From NCBI GenBank assembly GCA_019695155.1, contig JAIBAO010000035.1, positions 1 to 64,000 on the forward strand: 64,000 nucleotides of DNA, read 5' to 3'. Made by a program: the position numbers and the translations under genes. This stretch comes from Burkholderiaceae bacterium. Lineage in GTDB: Bacteria; Pseudomonadota; Gammaproteobacteria; Burkholderiales; Burkholderiaceae_C. The notes below the pieces were generated by a model that worked only from the letters and a program-made list of their open reading frames with translations, was not told the DNA's origin and made no database searches. Of the stretch, positions 63,936 through 64,000 are shown piece after piece (positions within the stretch are counted from its first letter, which is position 1; each line of letters starts with the position of its first letter).

Positions 63936-64000
63936 CGTTTAGGTCTCCGAGTAAATAGAGAAAACGGGGCATAGAGTAAACCTATAAATAGCTAACTAAT

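Overview
This window is a chromosomal region of a Gram-negative proteobacterium, most likely a beta- or gammaproteobacterium with roughly 45-50% GC by eye. Almost all of it is core housekeeping genes in conserved syntenies. There is no CRISPR array, integrase, transposase or prophage. I cannot point to one clearly novel system, so the findings below are candidates. No searches or folding tools were run; every call is from reading the sequence.

Main blocks, in order:
- Left end: pilN (partial) and pilM on the minus strand, divergent from PBP1A (mrcA/ponA).
- An SPFH/band-7 gene followed by a small unknown ORF.
- Two directly abutting tRNA genes, an ArfA-like small ORF, and an ORF-poor AT-rich stretch of about 1.1 kb.
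- fadD, tRNA-Arg(CCG), purB, a GST, a hotdog thioesterase, a secreted protein and an M48 lipoprotein peptidase.
- metW-metX with a 465-bp leader, divergent from hflK-hflC; then tsaD and uspA.
- About 16 kb of gamma-glutamyl-putrescine catabolism genes: gabT, puuC-like aldehyde dehydrogenase, a coiled-coil/beta-barrel porin, potFGHI, an SpuC-like aminotransferase, puuA, puuD, a divergent MocR-type regulator, puuB and an arginase-family ureohydrolase.
- A GNAT gene, then groES-groEL preceded by a perfect CIRCE element.
- A stress-like trio: DUF4142, a Na+/H+ antiporter, and a glycine-zipper plus PA2169/DUF2383-like fusion protein.
- An orphan GspE/PilB-type ATPase and an NlpC/P60 peptidase.
- Right end, all on the minus strand: trmH-rnhB-lpxB-lpxA-fabZ-lpxD-skp-bamA-rseP-dxr-cdsA-uppS-frr.

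Things worth a second look:
- A 122-bp MITE-like element with terminal inverted repeats, present twice (14458..14579 and 21469..21590).
- Both abutting tRNA genes fold irregularly by hand.
- An unusually long (~29 bp) inverted repeat downstream of mrcA.
- The SPFH plus Ala/Arg-rich small-protein pair.
- The unusually long 5' leader upstream of metX.
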